Below are positions 39,628 through 54,240 of a DNA stretch of 64,000 bases, one piece after another. The position numbers were made by a program, and so were the translations under genes. This stretch comes from Octopus vulgaris (taxonomy: Eukaryota). The notes beneath the pieces are model-generated. The model made no database searches. It was not told the origin of the DNA and saw only the letters and a program-made list of their open reading frames with translations. The DNA is taken from the NCBI GenBank assembly GCA_951406725.2, contig OX597828.1, positions 10,106,001-10,170,000 on the forward strand, in the 5' to 3' direction. Numbering within the stretch: position 1 is the stretch's first letter; every line of letters begins with the position of its first letter.

Positions 39628-40445
39628 GAGGGTGCAGGGAATAAACTGTTGTTTAGATTATGCAAAAATGAAAGTAACATTGTCATCTCATTTTAACCGA
39701 TATATATACCAACGTTACATAAACCTTTTGAAGTACTAAAGAGTAAATTTATTCAATAAAATTGCTATTGGCTTCGACCACGGTCTCCAGATGACTTAGG
39801 AATCTCCAGCACGGACGGTGTCCTTTTCTAAGCTGGCGAATGCTGCCATAATCCTTGTCTTCAATTCATATTTGGTGTTACAAGGAATTTTGTTTGTCTC
39901 TCACTCAACTGCTCCACACACATAATTGTGAAGGGGTTGCAATCTGAGTAGTTAGGTGGCCAGATATTAGGGGTGATGTGATTACAGCCATGACTGGGTT
40001 CTCCTACTTGTGTGGCATGGTGCAGAATCCTGTTACCAGACATAGTGTCTTCCAGCAGCCATCCTGTTGACTCCGGACAGCACTACCTCCTCCAGGCACT
40101 TGATGCACGCCACCGTGTTGAGTTTAGGCCATGTGGGAAAATGAATGGAGGCATAACGTCACCTGCACTCCCAACGCCATGATGTGTACTAGATGTTTGA
40201 TTTTTATCACTCACGGTTTAAGTTCGTATTGGAGCTTCCGGCACGAACATCAAGCAGTACAGCATTTTATTATTATTTCGTTTTACAAATTTCTGGCAGA
40301 GTGAATTGCTTCCTGTTGCTGTTTTTTCTCACAGACACTGCCCAACTAAACTTACTATACTGTGCAGTCGACAAAATTATTGACAAACAATGCGAAGTCG
40401 TGAAATTAGAATATAAAGTGGCGATAATTTTCCCATCGCACACTG
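39628..40445 (-). mobile_element. Tc1/mariner-superfamily deletion derivative
   Basis: Minus strand YVW*QDSAPCHTSRRTQSWL..ITPNIWPPNYSDCNP..VERETNK; degenerate TIRs, TA at both ends. Confidence 0.8.
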
Positions 40446-40539
40446 TATACATTTGTGTGCGTGTGTGTATACAGATACGAATATATGTGTTTATGTGTAT
40501 ACATATCGCACACGCTCACACACACACCTATAATATAAA

Positions 40540-40695
40540 GCAGTCGCGTCTTGTCCAAGCCTTCGAAAACGCGGAGTAGATAAAACAGGGGACAAATGAC
40601 GAAGGGAGTGTTCTGTATGTTGCCTGTCTCGTTTCTCTATTTCTTTCGTTCATTGTCCAAAAAAGTACGTTCTCATGTTTTCCTTTTTTATGTTC
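40540..40695 (+). mobile_element. 5'-truncated repeat carrying strand-permuted hammerhead-like motif (copy B, motif 40545-40606)
   Basis: CGCGT-C-TTGTCC aag CCTT c GAAAA CGCG gagtagataaaacagg GGACAA ATGACGA AGGG; downstream T-rich tail similar to copy A. Confidence 0.7.
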
Positions 40696-40842
40696 TCCAA
40701 CAATGCCCTAAACTTTCACAAAAGTGACTGAAAATCAATTCCAGAAGAGATCCTTAACCAGGACTGAATATCATTCCGTAGAGGATAATAACATGAAAGT
40801 CGAACAATTTAAGTTTAACAAGTTACTTAAAATATTGGGCAC

Positions 40843-40961
40843 AGACACATGTATACATATATATACACACAAGACACATACACACACACCATTCTGACCT
40901 CCATAAAGACACACATATACACACACATGCACACACACAGCACCATGACAAATGCCAATCA

Positions 40962-41000
<39 letters not shown>

Positions 41001-41405
41001 CACCATACACACACCATCTTACCAAATTTTTCAAAAAAATACACATATATTTATACCACAATGGACCTTGGGACCAATCAAAAACAGCCCACCCACACTC
41101 ACAAACACATGTGTACATATATACACTCACACAAAGACACACACACTCACACCATTCTGACCTCCATACAGACACACATATACACACACATGCACACACA
41201 CACAGCACCAGGCCAAATGCCAATCACGCACATACATACACACACACACAACACCAAGACAATCACACACACGGTTGACAAACGGTCGTACATATACACA
41301 CACAATCCTACCAGATTTTACAAACACACAGTCACATCTATTCGCACCACATATGTATATACACACACACAAAGACACACACACTCGAACCATTCTGACG
41401 TCTAA
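40843..41405 (+). repeat. CA-rich ~250-bp tandem repeat, ~2.3 units
   Basis: Anchors AAGACACA..ACCATTCTGAC and CAAATGCCAATCAC recur near 40870, 41135 and 41372. Confidence 0.85.
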
Positions 41406-41609
41406 AGACCAATCCCCCAAATCATTGATGCGTGAAGAAGAGACAAAAAAGAGAAATTCTTTTCAGTTCCACATTACTATTCCTTCCCCCCACACAAACA
41501 CACCTACAGTGTCCCTTGAAATAGATAATAGTCTCTTACGTTAACATGCTGGACAGGTCAGTTTTAGCTTCCCTACTATCATAACGTAAACGTTTTTGAA
41601 CTCATAATA

Positions 41610-42033
41610 TGCTGTGCGTGTATACCAATATTCCACTGAAATTTTTAATAATACCTTCTGGAAATTATCTTGAGAATGTATAATATATTTGTTGTAATCT
41701 TTTGTGCCCAATATTTCAATGAACTTGTTAAACTTTTTTATGTTCTTAACATGCCCTTGTCACCAAAGAATGTATATATATGTATTATAGTACTCTGTGA
41801 CAACCAATATTCTGTGCGTGTTTGAATATACAGATACAATACCAATATCCCACTGAACTTTTTAATAATACCTTCTGGAAAATATCTTTAACATTTTCTT
41901 GAGAATGTATATTCATGTTGTAATCTTTTGTGCCCAATATTTTAAGGAACTTGATAAACTTTCTTATGTCCTTAACATGTTCTTGTTACCAAAGACTGTA
42001 TATATGTAATGTAGCATTTTGTAGCAACCAATA
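41610..42033 (+). repeat. ~200-220-bp tandem duplication with a short inverted copy at ~40810-40842
   Basis: CTGTGCGTGT..TACCAATAT.CCACTGAA..TGTGCCCAATATTT..CAACCAATA occurs twice; AAGTTTAACAAGTT..AATATTGGGCACA is its reverse complement. Confidence 0.85.
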
Positions 42034-42142
42034 ATTAATGCAACCAAACTTTTACATGTTAGTTTTGACAATCTTTTTCCAAAGAGAGGAACCGGTAAAG
42101 TAAATAAACATCTTTTAAAATTGCATTTTCAAACCTTCTTTC

Positions 42143-42205
<63 letters not shown>

Positions 42206-42313
42206 TTAACAATTGAGGATAAAGTCTTTAAAAGAAATTATCAGTAGTCAGCTTGAAAAACCTCGTAAGAGAAAAAATCCGTAAGTTCTTCCTCTTTGAA
42301 AATATTCATTTAT

Positions 42314-42773
42314 ATTATATCGAGGGTACTACTATTCGTAGATACCAACACGCTAAGAGGGACCAATGCGGTCAAAACTACTAAAAATAAACACAATTTT
42401 ACCGAATGCAAAACTTCAAAACACATCATTTTAAAAAATTTGTACCGAAATGCATTGCGAATAAGCCCGCCATTTTCATAGATATGTAAAAATAAACATT
42501 CGTACATGCTACGACGAATTCTACGGTTGGCTATCGAGCTTGTAATGTTATGTTTTTCTCTTATATTTCTTGAGTTTGTTGCACTGATGAACATGAAATG
42601 CATATTCTGCATTAAATGCGAAATCACATGTGATATGTAACTGAATTCTTTTTTAAACTGATGTGTTTTGAAGTTTTGCATTCGGTAAAATTTTGTTTAT
42701 TTTTAGTAGTTTTGACCGCATTGGTCCCTCTTAGCGTGTTGGTATCTACAAATAGTAGTACCCTCAATATAAT
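42314..42773. repeat. ~125-bp inverted repeat (42314-42438 / 42649-42773) within a (TA)n-flanked element; diverged partial copy at ~43155-43236
   Basis: GAGGGTACTACTATT.GTAGATACCAACACGCTAAGAGGGACCAATGCGGTCAAAACTACTAAAAATAAAC and its reverse complement. Confidence 0.9.
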
Positions 42774-42810
<37 letters not shown>

Positions 42811-43025
42811 TTTGTTTGTGCATGTGTAACTCTACTTCAATGTGCGTACACTGAAGGCAGTGCAGCTAACCTACAGACAGTTTTAATAAAAGTGTGGGTG
42901 ATTCCTTTACTTCCTTTTGTTTGCGCTAATAATTTGAAATCTGCAATCGAATTCTATATTCATCAATTTGCCAAATTTTCTATAAGAAACCAACTTACAT
43001 ATACCGGTTACTTTCAAATATATAT

Positions 43026-43142
<117 letters not shown>

Positions 43143-43294
43143 ATGTATATGTATATTAAGGGCATTACTATATACAAACGCCTTACGCTAGGAGGGATTC
43201 TTAGTCAAAACTACCAAAATAAACACATTGTACCGAACCGCGGGGGAATGCAACTCTCGAAGCGAGCTTTTTAAAAACAGATTCAGCTGCAGAT

Positions 43295-43326
<32 letters not shown>

Positions 43327-46300
43327 CACACTTAATAAAGTTCTCTCAGCCGACACAATGTGTTAACACATCGAGAACTACCTATATCTTAAATACTCTA
43401 TTAACATACATCACCCATCTACTTTATGGGTCATATGTGTGTTCAACTAAGTATCATTATTTTTACGTGCCTTTGCATGTATCCGCTGCAATTGTCGAAA
43501 ACGAATCAACGCATACGAATGAACTTTCATATTGTCTAGTGTCTCTACTTTATCTTCTATTCCAATGCATAGTAAGTTGCGATTATAGCGCAAGTGTTTT
43601 TATTTTATTTTTTACATACATTTCTTTCCATTTCTCTTTTAAATTCTGAAACGCTTAGAATGTATAAGTTATGTTAGATCAGCCACTTGGGAAGCAGTTG
43701 TATATGACTGATGATATAATAAATAATTCATGGTATTTTATGCAAAAATTTAGCATAGAGAATTGTATTCTTTGTAGAACGTCTCTTCGAATGAAAAGCT
43801 CCGACTACATACTTATGGCAAATGTACATTGCGACGACAATTAAGCAAGTCATTCGCTGAAGATAAACTTGTAAGATGTTCTCATCGATATTAATTTACG
43901 TAAAATTAACTTCCAATGCTTGTTCACATTCTTAATTAAATTTAATCAGGAATAAAACAAACATGCAATACTTAGTTTATCAATATATTACTTATCGGTT
44001 TATCCACCATTCTCCACATCCGAAAATTAACGGAATACATTTCCTACTGTTTTCGAAAATATGTCTGTTATTTACCTTTATTTTACATCAGTATTTCTCT
44101 AATCAACTCTGGAAGTAATCTCGAATGAAATTCAAAATGCTAATTTTAGTAAAATTGAGTAGAAAACACTGGACAGGGAATATAATGTGCCAACTCAATA
44201 GCTTTTTAGTTATAAGCACTATCGTCTGTCGAGATACTTATATTTGACGTGAGTCAATATAGAACGACATAGATTTTCGTTCCCTTTTATTGTTGTTCTA
44301 TACTGAGATTTTATTTTTAGTCTGTCTATTTGTGTGCTTACTAAAACCTCGGAAACAAGGAGAGAATATATAAATTCCATCCAAAAGAAACATAAATCTT
44401 CACACGGAATTTTTTATATTTTTATTTTTGTAACCGTAGCAAAATATACGTTAAATGTTGCTATACAGAGAGTTATATATTGATAGATACACATCCTTAG
44501 GGAGACTTATTTATGGTTCCACAAACACTGGATTTCTCTTTACCAGCTACGAATAACTGCATCATTTATTAAACTATAGCAAAGGTCTTAGTGAAATTGA
44601 TAGTGATGTAGACCACATCTATTGTAGCAAAGACATTCAAATGCTACACTTTTCATGTTCAGTTGAATTACTTTACTGAATTCAATTAGTACAACTTTGT
44701 GTCTTGATGAAAATATGCCTTTTATCCTGTCATATTGGTAATTATTTGCGGAATAAGATGCATTGTCTACAAATATCGAAAGAAAATTCTTAGCCAACTA
44801 CGTGTAATCTAATTCTCTATAAGTTTTAACATTATTCTTTCTTTTAAACGACATATACACTTGGAGATTATTCCTAGACAGTATTTTCTTTCCTATAACC
44901 AACAACTTATGTTTTGTGCAAATAGAAAAACTAACTTAAGTGTCATAATGAAAATATTCACAACATGGAATGAGATAAATTGAAACAAAATGCAATTATT
45001 TCTATAAGTAGAAATTATTTGAATATAATACTTTGCATACCTTTTCATTTTCCGTAAACCTTGGAGGTTTCATAGGAAATGAGATTTTGAATAATGATAT
45101 GTTGTCTAATAGGTATACGCATAGTTTGTAAGGAATCAAGATTTCGTTTGAAAAAGGGATAAACCCTTTGCTGCTTTAAAGTTGTTTTGTAGATTTGCGA
45201 AATGGAAAATGGAATTCAAGAATTTAGACTTTGTCCTACAAATGTAATCAAACATGAACTTACTAGCGCATCATTTGATTGTTAATACGTTAAAAATGTT
45301 TAAATTGTTATGACATATTCGCAGTCCGTGAATAAGTGTCATAAAGTTATAATACATAGACTAAGTAAGTGAATGAAATGGAAAATATTTTAAACTCCAT
45401 GCTCATAGAGCCTGATTGCAAATCATTTAAATGTACAGACCAATGTATTCCTACGCAAAATGATTTTTATCATCGCCTCAGTGCACTGAGAAGTAAGATA
45501 ATCCATGAATATTGCCTACGTTAGAGGATCATCCTATTCAGTAGAAATTTTTTACTCATCCAGAGGTGTAATGTGAGATATACGATATCCCTTGTAGATG
45601 GAAAATTGTGTCCAGTTTGTGAAAAGTCAGCAGCAAGAAGCTCTGCAACCGGCCTAATCATGTCTTTTTCTTTTGCTTTCTTTCTTATTTCCTGTTTACA
45701 TATTAGATAGATAAATTCTCACAGACAACAAAACGGAACACAGACTCAAATATCACTCAAGACTTTTCTTTTAAGATACTTGTTATTATTTTACTTCGCC
45801 TGTATAGTCTGAAAATGGGCACATATATATGACTGTGGTCAGGAACGTTTCACGAATGAATTTTTTCCTGTTTTTGTGTGGTACACTTAATCTGTAAATT
45901 CGTTTCAGGAAATTTCATTGTGTTGTTCTCTATGAGAATAATAATATTTCTTATTAAATAATTGGAAGATATTGAGAAGATAAGGAAACGTATACTTCAG
46001 TCACTTATTTATAAAGTATTTACAATGTCGTAGATGATGTGGATTGCAGAGACAGAAACAATTTGTATGCAGTAAGTACAATAAATTTGACAAGGGTTTA
46101 AATTTAATGATAGTTATTTTGAACTGTATTTGAATTTATTATATTCCTGGTGTTGAACATAAAATATTTAGAAGTATCAATATCAAAGAAAAGATTATAC
46201 TTAAACGCTCAACAAAAAATACACAAACAGGCTTCAATTAAGCCGATTGATTTCTCACTCTGTTCTCTAATCCTTCATTCATTCTCTTTATGTTTGTGCG

Positions 46301-46750
46301 TGTGTCTGTGTGTGTGTGTGTGTGTGCGTGTGTATGTGTGTGTATGTGTGTGCGCACGTATTCATTAATATAGTGATACTGAATGAAATATGCAAGCCTG
46401 CATTACACAGTAATTTATTGTGCAAGCTGTTCCGATGTAAGTTCTGAAAATTATATAAACTTTGAACAATTTTCACAGCAAAATCTATATCATTTCTAGA
46501 GAGTTTATATTGATCTATCTTCAGTAACGAGGTCGTATCTAACAAACTCATGGCCAATATTGTGATCTTACGCACGAAAGATAGCACTGCATCAGGTATT
46601 TAATTTATTGTCCAATCGAAATTGAGATCTCTTTACTGTGCCCTTCAGTTCCAAAACTTACATGACAGTCACAACGAAAGTCACAACATTCGATTAGATA
46701 GTATTTTTCATGCACGTCCTTCGAACAATTATGCCGCAAATAAGTATATA

Positions 46751-47100
46751 TCTATTTTTAAAATCCGTGCTGTCTGTCTGTGTCTTCTAGGATCTCGGGT
46801 ATCCTCTATCTGATTGCGCTCAAATTTGATATATAGATACTAACGGTATCGGGCGTGTATAAGTCTCGAAAAAATTGCAAAAATCGATTCCAGGTGAGAA
46901 TGCGATCGATAAAGCCATGGGAACGGGCAATTGTAAAAATGTCTATCTTTATTTCTTCTTTTGCTGCTGTCTCAAATTTAAGTTAAATCAGTGTCCCTCA
47001 AATGGGAGGTCTATGGAACGGTCGGACAAGTTGTTTTGAGAAAATTTGGTTTAAATGTTTGACAAATCAGCACCGTCCATTAGACGGTAGGGGGCGATTT
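46751..47100 (+). mobile_element. Possible non-autonomous Helitron 5' part
   Basis: A|TCTATTTTTAAAA..TGTCTGTCTGTGTC start typical of Helitron 5' ends; no 3' end found. Confidence 0.35.
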
Positions 47101-48098
47101 GCTCATATATATATATAATCACATATATATGCATATACATGCATACACACAGACACGCATAATAATAAAATGAATGGAGACATGTTCATCGGCAAAATTT
47201 GTTTTATAGTTTTGTACAGCATATTATAATGACCAACACGTGTGTCCGCTGCACTGACTATTCAATGAGGGAGATGCGATTTTGCATTATTATTGGTGCC
47301 GCTTCATTAGGGACCATCCATTTTGTCATCCCCAGAGTGAATAATACATACTCCAAACAATTTTTAGCGTCCAACGAAATGTACAGCAAAGTAACCATAG
47401 AAAAATTCACGGAGTGACTACCAACAGATACTAGTCACAGACGTCAAATACAGTCCAAAGTAGTTAAACGTTAACTAAAACTCAAGAGAGAACAAATAAG
47501 GTATCCGCCCGGAAAAAGTATCACTCCAAGCTCACTTCAATATATATATATATATAGTACTGGAACCTACATCGTACACTGGATACAAATCCTTATAATC
47601 CAGAAAATCGTGGGAAACTGTGCCACGTATTGAGTACTCAGACCATGATTTTCAAGTTGCTTAAATGGATTAGGTGTGTTAAAAATAGTATACATCATTA
47701 CATCTATAGTTGACTGATAAACATTAAAAAAGCACCACATTAGAGGTGTATTAATTCGTATTTGCATCTGTTAATTTCTTCGTTACATCGTCATTCTGTA
47801 CACATTATGATATATACATTATATTGTGTATTATGTTTTAAGAAGCTTAAATGGATTTATGAGTATCAAGCACACATTGTTCCACAGGTGTATCAATCTG
47901 TATCTGTTCAAAACAATGGAGAAATTCATTTTCGTAGTTTATTTTATAGTTTAAAGATATATATAGTTTCTCCAGAAAGGCAGAATTATCCAGAAATCCG
48001 GGAAACATCTGTCCACAATCTTACTGGTTGATTCGTCCGCTACTGCATATATACATACATATATACATAAGTAGAAACACATACACACACACACACAG

Positions 48099-48207
<109 letters not shown>

Positions 48208-48331
48208 TATGCGCAAGCACGCTGTCTAACAAACAGAAACGCATTATGGGACAGGTATTCATTTCTGTTTCTCATGGAAATATTCACATACATATACATA
48301 TAGACATACATACATATGTGTGTGAAGCATT

Positions 48332-48369
<38 letters not shown>

Positions 48370-48421
48370 GTGTGTATATATATAGATAGTTAGATAAATA
48401 AATAGATATACATACATATGT

Positions 48422-48501
<80 letters not shown>

Positions 48502-49378
48502 GTATGTATATATAAACACACACTCTGATATATGCATACATCGAGAGTAGCCGAGCAGTAGTATTTCGAACGCAACACTCATCGTTATAAAAAGCATTGA
48601 TTTTCATGGTAATTATTTTTATTCCTCGGAGGTTCATAATGTTGTGATGTATTCCATAAAGCAGCTGCCCTCAAGATACACAACACTTTCTTCAAAATGC
48701 TTTCAGAGACATATTTACTTCGTCGATATACATATATGTCTGTTTACTTTTAGTAACATTCGCAAAATTAGATTTGTCTTTTATTTTTTGACTCTTACCT
48801 CAATATATTCATCTTATCTGCAAATTCATGTACGTATGTGTGTGTGTGTATGACATATTTATGTGTGTCTGCGTATGAATATTGTGAGTGTATATATATA
48901 TAAACACACACACACACACATACATATATATATACACACATACATGTATGTGCATGCGCAGTGTGTGTGTTTATGTATATAAATGTGACTAGAGATTTGA
49001 TGGGTGTCTGTATTTTTAACAGAGGAAATGAGTTCTTGAGAAAGATATAGTGAGAGAGAGAAACAGAGTCAGAGAGAGAAATCTAGAGAGAGACAATGAA
49101 AGACGACGGTGGAAAGCGATGACTATGTATATAGAAAAGACATTCAATATTCGGTAACTATTAAAGACACCTACTAGTTGGTAGACATTCTGTCAACAAT
49201 TTTCTTAAAGTCTGAATTTAAAATACCACGTTCCATCAGGACAGTACCCCGAGGGACATTTTTTTTTTTTTTTTTTGAAATCTATATCCATAACTTCAGA
49301 AATGAAATATGCATGTTGATGCATACATACGTACTTAAATGATACACAGAAGCATACATGCATAAAAGACACACAATC

Positions 49379-49452
<74 letters not shown>

Positions 49453-49860
49453 GTATATCTTCGGTACATACATGCATATGTATTTATATTCATACCTATG
49501 AATTTCAGTTTTTCTAAATATATTGAGACATTAATATCGACGTGCTCTGAGACAAACATATACAAACATACACGGAAGCACACACACGCCTGAACACATA
49601 CACTGACACATACACGTGCATATGTTTGTGTCTATGCTTGAATACTTGTTTATAAGCTTCGATTCGTTCATGTTTTTTTTATGTATATTTACGGACGATA
49701 TATATTTAAGAATGTATAATATATGTCATTTATTTTTCTTGTCGCTTACATACCGTGCGCTGTGTTTACCCAACTTATAAGTAATTTTTATAAAGAAAGT
49801 GTTTAGTTTGCATTTCTGTTAAAAGTTTTTATTTCTGAACTCAATCACGCCTCTGTATAT

Positions 49861-49878
49861 ATGTATAATTTACATTGC

Positions 49879-49929
<51 letters not shown>

Positions 49930-50242
49930 AAATATGGAATTATCTGTCACCTCGCCTCTTGCTTTTTCACTTTTCTTCTCTCTTTTACTGCATATATGTG
50001 TATGCGAGCCTGCGCACGTCTTTGTGTGTGTATGTTTCTTTATATGTGCTTCTACAACACCACTCACACACACATTCACACAGATATACACACACACAAA
50101 CATATATGTATGTATATATATATATATATAAATATATATATATATGTGTGTGTGTATATACATGTATATGTATATATATATATATGTATGTATATATATA
50201 TATGTGTGTGTGTATATATATATATATACATGTATATGTATG

Positions 50243-50295
<53 letters not shown>

Positions 50296-50339
50296 ATATG
50301 TACATATTTGTATATATATATATGTGTGTGTGTGTATAC

Positions 50340-50408
<69 letters not shown>

Positions 50409-50445
50409 CATACATACATGCATACATACATACATATACATTTGT
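49861..50445. repeat. Long compound (TA)/(TG)/(CA)/(TACA) microsatellite
   Basis: Direct reading; source of seven spurious ORFs. Confidence 0.9.
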
Positions 50446-51338
50446 GCGCGCTTCTGTGTTTAGGTATAAAAAATAAAGAAAATTTCTTGGCGTCTTGAAT
50501 GCCAAATATTTTATTTCAGGTGTTTTCCAAATTCACCATGAATTTAATGAAAATACGAGTGCCTGAAACTTTGAAGAATGTTCTTTCTGCCTCAGATTTG
50601 CATGGTCATAGGAGTCAATATCCTATGCAATTAGAACAAATAATCAAAATTATAATCGATGAGTTTTAAAAGAATGTTAAATACTTTGTCTATGGGAATA
50701 AGTGTCCCTGTGTGAAGAGATACAATTGTGGTTTGAAGTAGAGTTCTGGTTAAAATGTCAGTGGAATCTAACGTTATAATATTGACCTCTAGTCGTTAGT
50801 TTACATTGCAGACCTGCATTTTTAATCTTTAGTTGAATCTGCATGAAATTTCAATTCAATGCATATTACATGGTGGTGTCATATGTATAGTATTTCGCTT
50901 GTAGTCCAAGACATTTTTAAAAATTGTAATATATCAACTTAACTCATACTGTTATGAAGTGCCGAGACTGCTGTAGACATTTCCACACTTAGAACCCCAC
51001 ATACGATAATATGTATGTCTGACGGTATTACAGTATTCATTTGCTCACTTAGTCATTCATTTCGTTGTTATTTCTCATTAAAACGCACAACACGAAGTAT
51101 TTCAATTCAGTTCTATAATATTGATTTTGGAATGTTTTCTCAAAATAACTAATTTTTATTTACTTATTAATATATTGGTATGTTGTTTTGTAGACAGTTT
51201 CACAAAAGACTCTCAAACTAATCGCCTGCAAAATTTTTCACAAAATTTCTTAATTATGGACAAGTGCAAGTAACAATCAATGGAGCGTAAAATTAGTTAA
51301 ATATGGTTTGTATATCAACATATACTATAAAATATTCC

Positions 51339-51738
51339 TTTCAAATTTTGGCACAATGCCAGAAGTTCCAATGGAGAGGATATGTCGATTCTATCAACTC
51401 TAGTACTCAGCTGGCACTTATTTTATCGACCCCGAAATTATGAAAGTTTAAGACTACCACCACAGAATTTGAAATTAGAACGTAAAGACAGTTGAAATGC
51501 CACGAAGCATTTCCCCCACCATCCTAACGGTTCTTATTTATTTACTACCCACAAGGAGCTAAACACAGAAGAGACAAACAAGGACAGACAAATGGATTAC
51601 CCAGTGCGTAACTGGAACTTATTTAATCGACCCCTAAAGGATAAAAGGCAAAGTCGACCTCGGTGGAATTTGAACTCAGAACGAAACACGGTCAAGCATT
51701 TCGCCCGGTGTACTAACGCTTCTGTCAGGTCACCGCCT
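51339..51738 (-). mobile_element. Two adjacent MetaSINE-type SINEs (51339-51534 and 51535-51738) with different tails
   Basis: Both contain ACTTATTT.ATCGACCCC.AAA..AT.AAA and GAATTTGAA..AGAACG; the second ends CACCGCC (head). Confidence 0.85.
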
Positions 51739-52798
51739 TAAATAACTTATAAAACATTAACCAGTATATTTCCTACATCTCCATTTTTTTTTCATATTTA
51801 TGCAAAATTTTCCTAATTTTATTGATTTCACTTCTATATTTTTCTTTTGTTTACATTTTACTTAACGTATTGTCTCCAAAGTTGTAGAAAGAATATTTTG
51901 TCAACAAAAGAAAAAAGTTATTCAATAGGTTTGGCATTTTGACGATGACAGATAGGCCTTATTTTCTTTCGAAAAATATTAAAAAGTACTTCACTCATTA
52001 GTTCTACTAGAAATCACAGCAAATATTGTCGCTTGGCTGACCTCATTTCTCTATCAAAAACGTATATTTAAAAGTTCAACAAGTATTACACTTGTTGCAT
52101 TCGTTTTCTTTGTTACATTCCAAAATTATTCAATTTCAGCGCAATTTGAATTAAATCTACTGATTAAAATGTTTTGAAATATTTTGACATAATTGATAAT
52201 ATTTTGATATAGTTTTGAATAATCTATTTTCTTTTATGTAATTTAAGCATTTGATAGAAATAATACGAAAATAAGTTCATGAAAATATATACAAAATTGC
52301 TGAGAAAATATCCTTGCATGAAACAATGCATACTTTATCAAATCAAATCAAAGGAAACACCCAACACTGAATATTGTCGATAGTTTGATTTCAATGTGGA
52401 AATGAGACCAACGAATGACTTGTAGCATATGGACATTGGTGTTTAGTGATCTTCTGATTAAAAAGTAATTTAAACAAATAAATATGGTATCATAATTACG
52501 AAAACATAATTTCCTACATGCAGTAGGTCATTTGTTCGCACATTCAAACTCATTTTGTTTGACTGAACCACTTTAATAATTATCGCTTCCACGTAAATCT
52601 AAAATAGTCTTAACCACTTCATTCAGACTGATCGGTACAATTGCAGTGTATGGAAGCATGATGCCAACTGAGAATAATAACAATTTGCATAACTTAAGCA
52701 AGAGTTAATCATATAATGGCAATTATCAGTTAAACCATATATATTTTAGAAAATATATAAAACTGAAACAAGTGAAAAAGAGTAATGCAAGAAAATAC

Positions 52799-52889
52799 GA
52801 CTACTACTACTACTACCACCACCACCACCACCACCACTACTACTACTACTACCACCACTACTACTACTACTACCACCACCACCACCACC

Positions 52890-52949
<60 letters not shown>
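52799..52949. repeat. (CTA)n/(CCA)n compound microsatellite
   Basis: Direct reading. Confidence 0.95.
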
Positions 52950-52984
52950 GGAAAGTAGATTTCTACTCATGTGACATAGCTTAA

Positions 52985-54240
52985 GGCAAAGTTAACATTG
53001 AGAGAATAATTTTCCGGGGAGTCTCGTTATCCCCTTCAGTATTTGTGTTATGCTCTTTTCCCCCTTAGTATAGTTTTAAGAAAGGCAAGGCAGGTTATCA
53101 GTTTAGAGTGAAGGGAAAATTGACAATTTGCACTACATAACTGATTTGAGGCTTTCTAGTAAGAATAAAAGAGAGATTCATCAATACAAACCGTAAGACT
53201 CTTCGGCAAAGATATATGTATGGAATTTAACAAACATAATTGCGCAAAATTAGTCATAAAATATGAGAGAGTCATCAATGACAGCATCCAATTATCGGTT
53301 ATCGGATATCCAGGCATTAAAATCACTGAAAGGAGAAAGTTACAAGTATCTAGAGGCATTAGACTTTGACAGAGTACCAACTATAGAAACGGAAGCGAAG
53401 ATTGAGAAGGAGTACTTCAGAAGTGTGAGGAAGTTAATGAAGTTAAATTTCAATGCTCCGAGGATAGTGAAGGTTGAAAATATTTGGGCAGTGTCGATAC
53501 TCAGATACCCAGTAGCATTTGTAGACTGTAAAAAATCTGAATTAGCAAATATTGACACAACTAGGAAGGAATACAATTTGAATGGAGGATTTCACCTCTA
53601 GTTACCTAGAAAGGAAGGTGGATGATGGCTAATTTCACTAGGAGACTGCGTGGAGTTAGCTAGAGTAAATACAGCCTCTAATGCAGGTAATGGTGAAGAA
53701 ACATTGAAAAGGTAGCAGTAGTACCAATACTTTTCGGAGCCCTGGGAACATTGAGCAAAAACAGCACTGCTTGGAACCGTTCGGATACTCCGGAAGGTGC
53801 TCGAAAAGAGTACGATGTGGCAACAGCACGGAAATTATACAAACCTGGAACGAGAGGGCGTCATTAAGAACAAGGAATATAAAATCCAGTCGTATTTTAC
53901 GAGCCTAATCGATGCTCAGAGAGCAAACATGATGTGGTAGATGAAAGAATAAAGGGAAACCAGAATCATCGATATTGCTATATTTGGAATTCACAGTTAG
54001 ATGACAGAGGGCTGCAAAAACTAGGGAAATACAGACTACTAAAAGCGAAATTGCAAGAATAACAGCAATGTGAAAAGCAACTGTTACCACAGTAGTTATA
54101 GGACTAGTAGGAGGACTAACAACCAGACTCGAAAAATCTCTCACAAATTGGAAATGACATGAGGGCAGAGAAGGCCCGAAAGCTGCTCTATTGAGGATAG
54201 CTCCGATTTTGATATTGGTGGTTCGATGTTGAGTGTCTTC
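52985..54240 (+). pseudogene. R4/NeSL-like non-LTR retrotransposon relic (RT C-half plus RLE), with a second 3'-end fragment inserted at ~53720-53810
   Basis: IFRGVSLSP..; FGKDICMEF; ESYKYLE; KEYFRSVRKL; IWAVSILRY; LPRKEGG; IIDIAI; VVIGLVG; insert KTALLGTVRILRKVLE. Confidence 0.85.

Noticed and set aside
49861-50505. 200-211 aa ORFs, the longest in the window, and the many other YI/CV/HT-rich ORFs
   Set aside because: Translations of (TA)n, (TG)n and (CA)n tracts, open in several frames on both strands
52746-52984. Ser/Gly-rich and Tyr/His-rich ORFs suggestive of structural proteins
   Set aside because: Pure (CTA)/(CCA) repeat read on either strand
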